64,000 nucleotides of DNA. It comes from Heteronotia binoei (taxonomy: Eukaryota). The stretch spans positions 36,394,001 through 36,458,000 of the forward strand of contig NC_083231.1 in NCBI RefSeq assembly GCF_032191835.1. Reading direction: 5' to 3'. Shown here one piece after another: positions 58,335-64,000 of this stretch. The stretch's first letter is position 1, and every line of letters begins with the position of its first letter. A model generated the notes under the pieces. It was not told the DNA's origin, made no database searches, and saw only the letters and a list, made by a program, of their open reading frames with translations. A program made the position numbers and the translations under genes.

Positions 58335-59884
58335 ATTGGTCACGGGCTTTCATCCCCTCATCCCCCCCTTCACACAGAACCCTGAGAATGCGTTTGTGCA
58401 TACTTGCATAGGTAAGCTCCACAGAAGCAGTCTGTCTACTATGAGAAAGGAGTGGAGGCATCGCATGGGTGTGAGGAAAGAGTCCTGGTCTACTCCCAAG
58501 ACTTCCTACGTATGGAACCCAGCTCTTTTGTTTCAATTTAATGTGAGGAGCATTTTGCCATATTTCTCCTCCACTTCCACCAACACCAATTTAATGCAAA
58601 AGGGGAAAAAAATAAATTTGGCATGTAGACACACAGGTATCACATTTTCCATTTGTTTGCCTATGCTATAATAGTCTATTAAAGGGCACATATTCCTAAA
58701 TGAAAGATCATCTAACCATTTCAGAATTTTGCAAAAGAGGGAGGTGCTTGCAGGAATAATGGTATAGAAAAAAATTCATCTTAAAAATAGTAAAAGTAAT
58801 GACAACAAAAAACCCTCCATAATTTCTGCGCTTCCCATTTCCCCTGAATTTTTATTCTCTTGATAGTCAGGGTGACTAATGTGTCGTGACACACTGTTTG
58901 GAAAGCTATGGTCTAAAAAGTACCACTCCATATATTCAGAGAGGGACAGAGCCTCCCCTTCCCACATTTATTTACTCTCGTGTACACCTTACTCATGCCA
59001 CAAACAACTGTTTATCATACTTATCTTGTCAGCATTTCAGACAAGTGGATTTCTCATCTGCACTAAACATTACTTCTCCAAGTGGTTAGATTTTTAACTG
59101 CATATAAAATGGTAACACAGCTGTTCCCTCATCAAGTTTTTCTAAATCTGTCCTCTATCATATTACCCTCTGCTTTTTGGAAATCTGCTTTCTAAGCAGT
59201 ACTTCTTTCCCTTGGCTCAACTCTTCTCTCAGCTTGGGCTCAAACTCATTATGGTTTTTATTATGGGTTTTTTTTTTTTGCAGTTCTAGCATCTCCTTTT
59301 TGAAGAAACTACCACTCCTCCCAATCTAGCTACTAGTGGGGTATGTGTTCCAGCCCAGCTTATGGCACTAGACAGTCAATGCTATTAACATCATCACATA
59401 CAAAATTGGGTTGTGTGTGTGATTTCAGGCACCCTCTGACAGGTGATCCATGTTTAGTGCCAACCCACTCTTTCGCAAGCAAAAGCTTCCCATATATGCC
59501 TCTCTAAATTGAGCCCTAGTTAGCAGATTTACAAAGATGATAAAACTAAAAGGCGATTGACTCTGTAGAGCAGAGTCAAATCCCTGAATCATTCAGAATC
59601 CCTAAACAATTTCTCACTATTCACATAAGGTTACACTTATGTGAATAGTGAGAAATTCACAGAATTTCCCAAGATTATTACAATAACATCTCTTATGCAT
59701 AGTTGTTAGTAAACAGAAATAAGGGTAGTTTGGACAAAGAAAATAGCATCTTGTTGACAGAGCACATGCTTGGTAAATAGAAGGTCCCAGCTTCCCAGTT
59801 TCTATAGCTTGGTCTCCAGCCCTGCTGGGAGGGTTTTGCCTTGAGATTTGAAAGAGCTGCTGCCTGGCAGAATACACTAGTAGG

Positions 59885-60064
59885 CAGGGCTCTTTTTCTA
59901 GCAGAGCTCCTCTGCATATTAGGCCATGCCCCCTGATGTAGCCAGTCCTCCAAGATCTTAGAGGGCTCTTTGTACAGGGCCTACTGTAAGCTCCAGGAGG
60001 ATTGGCTACATCAGGGGGGCATGGCCTAATATGCAGAGGAGCTCCTGCTAGAAAAAGAGTCCTG
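59885..60064. mobile_element. Palindromic hAT MITE nested in a tRNA-SINE (SINE from about 59755)
   Basis: cagggctctttttctagcag...gaaaaagagtcctg; TSD ctagtagg/ctagtggg. Confidence 0.88.
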
Positions 60065-61885
60065 CTAGTGGGTCAGATGAACCAGCTAACTCCTTATAAA
60101 GCATGTGCCTCCACTGCCTATTTTCACTTTCTGTTGATTAAAATAGTCAGTGCTCAAAAATAATGCTTTTGTTTTAAAAAACTGGATACTTGACATCATA
60201 AACCTGCCTTACCTCCAAGCTGAGCATTAACTTCATCTGCATTTCAGCAGGAGCTGCTGTCGCTCTCAACTTCAAACTCTTTAACATTCAGTACAAAGAA
60301 GCTGGATGGGGAAGCATGTGAAGATCTGAGTGGCAGTGGGTTTAGACAGGGAGCAGAGTACACTAGACAGTAACTTTCCCCCTTCCCCTGTTTGCGAGCC
60401 AGCCCTTCCTCTTCTACCTTCTGCAATCAAAATAACTCCTTGCCCACTGCAAAGGCATCTGCCTTTTTGACTGTATGTATTCATTCCTTCATAGAGATCA
60501 TGACTTTCTTGCCACTGCTTCTCCTGATCCCCCCACTCTCTGGATACTCATCACTCTCAACCAAAGGCTAACAGGTAAAGCAGTTTCAGTCCTCAAGCTA
60601 GGTTCCAAACTTTTGCCATCTGCAGTGGCTACAGTAATACATACAATGATTTTGGAGAACATCTGCATCCTAAGAGATCAGAAATAGGGACAGACTTGTA
60701 GCAGTCACTCGGTCTTATCTGTATTCACCATTTATATCTTATCCCCCTTTTCTCAGGCCTTTAGTACAGTAGTGAGTAGCCACTGGGCAGCAAAGTCTTA
60801 TTTTCTACAAATTCCTTTCCTACAAGACATAGGAGATCACCAACTACCTTCCTAGGACAACGGAGAGATATGGTACAAGGCAGCAAAAGAAAACCCCACC
60901 TTTGCTACAAGCAAAGGCCAAGAGCACCAAGATAAGGAATTATATTAGCATTTTTGAGCTTCATACCAATAGGTGGACCCATCTGCTACAAACCAGGGCA
61001 TTATAAGCATCTGTACCACAAAAGCAGCTCTTCAGGACACTGCTTCCAATTTGATGGATGTATTTGCCACTGGAAAGCACCACTAGGACATCTTTTCATC
61101 CAAGAGGCTGCAGAATAGCCCACCAAACAACTTCATTGACCCCATGAGAGTTAATACATTTAGTGAGATTCAAAGGGAAGGAGATAATTTTGAATGGTGG
61201 TGACAGCTTAGTCTTTGGTTGCGTCATTGTGATGGTACGAGCCTGCAATCTATCGGCGAAGGTTAGCTTCTTGTCAACTCCAGAAAGGTTACCTAGAAAG
61301 ACAAAAAAAACAACTTTAGCTAAATTCATCAAAGAAGAGTGTCAGAGCAGCAGAGGAAGCATTAGAAGCTCTGCAACTACAGTTGATGAAGAAGCCTTGA
61401 TGCAGAAAGCGAAAGGTAATGAAGGCAGTTGAAGAACAGGTGGCCACATCAATTTTGTGAATGACAACCAGAGAAACGAAACTGGAATCAATGTTTCGGG
61501 TTTTTAAAAAAAAGAATAGAAAATTCCAGAGGATGCAATTTAAAGGGGCAGACTATTTAAATAGAAAAAAACCCTCTTCCCCCTTGTGCCTTTTTCTTAT
61601 AGAGAATCGCCACCTCCAAGTTGTTACCCCTGCTGGGAATACATAAGGTTACTGACAACTTTTCTCATTTTTGACTTCATAGATTTCAGGAACAAGATTG
61701 CAAATAATAAATTATTGCTATTATTAAGAGGCATTTTTATCTTTGGAGGAGCTGGGGGATTGTTTTTTGCACTGCCTACTGCAGGAGACCTCAACACGAA
61801 GGCTTTGCAGTGGAAGACCCTCTGCTTTGCATGCAGAAGATCCCAGTTTCAGGGCCCAACATCTTCAGTTAAACGGACCAGTCAT

Positions 61886-62063
61886 CAGGGCTTTTTTTGT
61901 AGCAGGAACTCCTTTGCATATTAGGCCACACCCTCATGTAGTCAATCCTCCGAGAGCTCACAGGGCTCTTCTTACAGGGCCTACTGTAAGCTCTTGGAGG
62001 ATTGGCTACATCAGGGGATCTGGCCTAATATCCAAAGAAGTTCCTGCTACAAAAAAAGCCCCG
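61886..62063. mobile_element. Palindromic hAT MITE nested in a tRNA-SINE (SINE about 61795-62180)
   Basis: cagggctttttttgtagcagg...aaaaaaagccccg; TSD ccagtcat/ttagtcat. Confidence 0.85.
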
Positions 62064-64000
62064 TTAGTCATTAGGAGATATGAAAGGCCTCGGCCTGTGA
62101 CCCTGGAGAGCCACTGTCAGACCCAGTAGACAATACTGACTTTGGTGGTCTGATTCCCTGTGAGGCAGCTCCATGCAATATGTTTCTTGGCAGCTGTCAA
62201 ACATTTTTAGAATGTGGGTGGGCCAGATAGGGCTTTTGCCCAGTAGGGTTTTGATTGGCCACTGGAGATCTGGTTGGCTGTGCAGCTGCCTCCTCAGCAC
62301 AGGGGTTTTCACTGTGTGACTGACAGTAATGCAAGAAATACTCTAAAACAACGCATTTATTTTAAAAGGCATAATGTTAAGCAAAACATCTACCTGAAAT
62401 ATTGAAGAGTCACTATTAGAATTACACATAACCTCACTCTTTGACATTTTATGGCTGGTTTTGCCACCTATGGAAGCCATTTATTTATTTATTGCTCCAC
62501 TTTCTGCAGCAGCCATTTTGTGGCTATACAGGGCTTTTTTTCCCTGGTGGAACACAGCAGAACTGAGTTCCAGAACCTGTTTGTGGAACAAAATTCTCAA
62601 AAAAATGTTTAGAAGTTAATGAGGAATCCAAAAGGAGCATGAAGGCACTTGTGATGTTGAAAAACTACTCAAATAAAATATTTTTTAAAAGATTTTAAAA
62701 GTGCTGCAGGTGAGCAGGGAAGCAGCCAGAGCAGGGGACTTATTGCTCTCACCAAGGGTGAGGCACAAGCTGTGAACCTGGGGAGAGTCTGGGCTGGGTT
62801 TGGGCAGGAAGGAGAACATCAACTGCAGCCTACCCAATGGAGACTTTTCTCCCCCAGCAGCAGCCATTCAGAGAAGAAATGCCCAAGGAACTGTCTTGGA
62901 TGCAGCACACTCTCAGTTCAATAGGTATTTCCTCCAGTAAGTGTGAAAGGGAACCTCCCTTAACAGCCTTTGTTGGACCTCCAACAAAGTCTGTTAAAAC
63001 ATGGTTGCTTCAAGGTAATCCTTTAGCATTAGGCACCAAAATCAAGACCCCAAAAAGAACTGAAGAAGTTGGTGATATGTCTAAAGTCTGCTTTAAAGTA
63101 GAGGTAAGTCTGCAGCATATGTAAATAATATAGTTTCAAAGAATCCCATGTATGTCTCCTTCATTTCCCTCTTGAGAGTTCCAGCACTCCTTTTTCCAGA
63201 AGAAAAGGCCTGTCTGCACCCACCACCCAGGCTGCAATCACACACACACCCAATAACATTCAGTTGGAAAGTGCACTGAAAGTGGATTGAAAGTGCATTA
63301 TTTAGTGTGTGTGACCACAGCCCCAGTGTCAGAATTCCAATGGAGTAAACAGGTTGCAAAGGGGTGGGGACCCCGGTCTACAGTAAGAGTGAGCAACAAG
63401 AGGCCTAGGCCAAACCCAAGCCCTTCAGGTGCTATTGCTTAGCTCTCAATTGCCAGCTTCTGGGTGTATGAGACAGAATGTCAGGGAGAAAGTGGGCTTT
63501 GCTGCAAAAGGAAAGATATGTTGGCAAGTGTGTAGTTTTGTAGTAAAAGTAGCTGACATTGCAGCAGTAGCATTTGCACAGTGAGGTTACCAGAAATTTT
63601 CGGGCAGGATTGAGATCCATATTAAGTCCTTTTAAATCCTCAGATTTCAGTGGCAGAGTAAAGTCCATCCAACTGAAATTCATGGGATTTGGAACTACTT
63701 AGTTTTGGCCAGACCATATTATTGATTTTAGACTAATTCAAGCTCCCCACACAAGCAAGCTGGTTTGTAAGTAGGCAGCTGTTCTTTTTTAATTCAAAAG
63801 TTACAAACCCATTCACTTTTATAGGGGAGCAGGATTGTAGTCTATTGCAGAGCTTCATTTATGTATGACCTTGCTTTTAACTGCATTGTCTTAGACAAGG
63901 TTTTGTTTGCATTGTTTCCCAATTCTAGAGGTTTATTGGATGTTATATGCTGCCTGGCTAAATTGGGGTTTTTTCATATTTTTCTCAACTTCCTTGAGTC

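Noticed and set aside
60244-60426. Minus-strand ORF after a plausible acceptor as an alternative last exon of STOX2
   Set aside because: The translation does not resemble the STOX2 C-terminus that I know, and there is no upstream exon in the window to support it.
61000-61500. Purine-rich, coding-looking segment (ORF 61163..61432; alternative frame KKSVRAAEEALEALQLQL)
   Set aside because: Stops occur in all frames and I recognised no protein family. It may be a very old transposon or pseudogene fragment, but this cannot be supported without tBLASTx.
1-64000. CRISPR arrays, prokaryotic operons or endogenous viral genes
   Set aside because: This is vertebrate intron-exon DNA with no regularly spaced repeat-spacer arrays, and no gag/pol/env or other viral ORFs were recognised.

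Overview
This is eukaryotic genomic DNA from a squamate reptile. It is probably a gecko, inferred from its repeat families (Sauria-type SINEs, tRNA/MIR-like SINEs, CR1, L1, L2, RTE/BovB, Penelope and many hAT MITEs). One complete protein-coding gene is present: ENPP6, a GPI-anchored choline-specific glycerophosphodiester phosphodiesterase, on the + strand. It has 8 coding exons from 17088 to 50640, a 1320-nt CDS and 439 aa, with intact Zn ligands and Ser nucleophile. Intron 5 appears to use a GC donor. Almost all entries in the ORF track are spurious or transposon-derived. The most notable unexplained features are: (1) a decayed duplicate of ENPP6 exon 1 inside intron 1, with a destroyed splice donor and many synonymous differences; (2) a Penelope-type inverted repeat carrying two minimal hammerhead-ribozyme motifs in intron 1; (3) a 1.56-kb ORF-less, CpG-rich insertion resembling an L1 5' UTR, bracketed by a perfect 101-bp duplication, plus a second 89-bp non-tandem duplication about 3 kb downstream; (4) a 315-bp near-perfect palindrome just upstream of exon 4; (5) candidate regulatory motifs (paired RFX X-boxes, MITE-borne octamer cluster). 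There is no evidence of a wholly new multi-gene system. All calls come from manual reading, without database searches.
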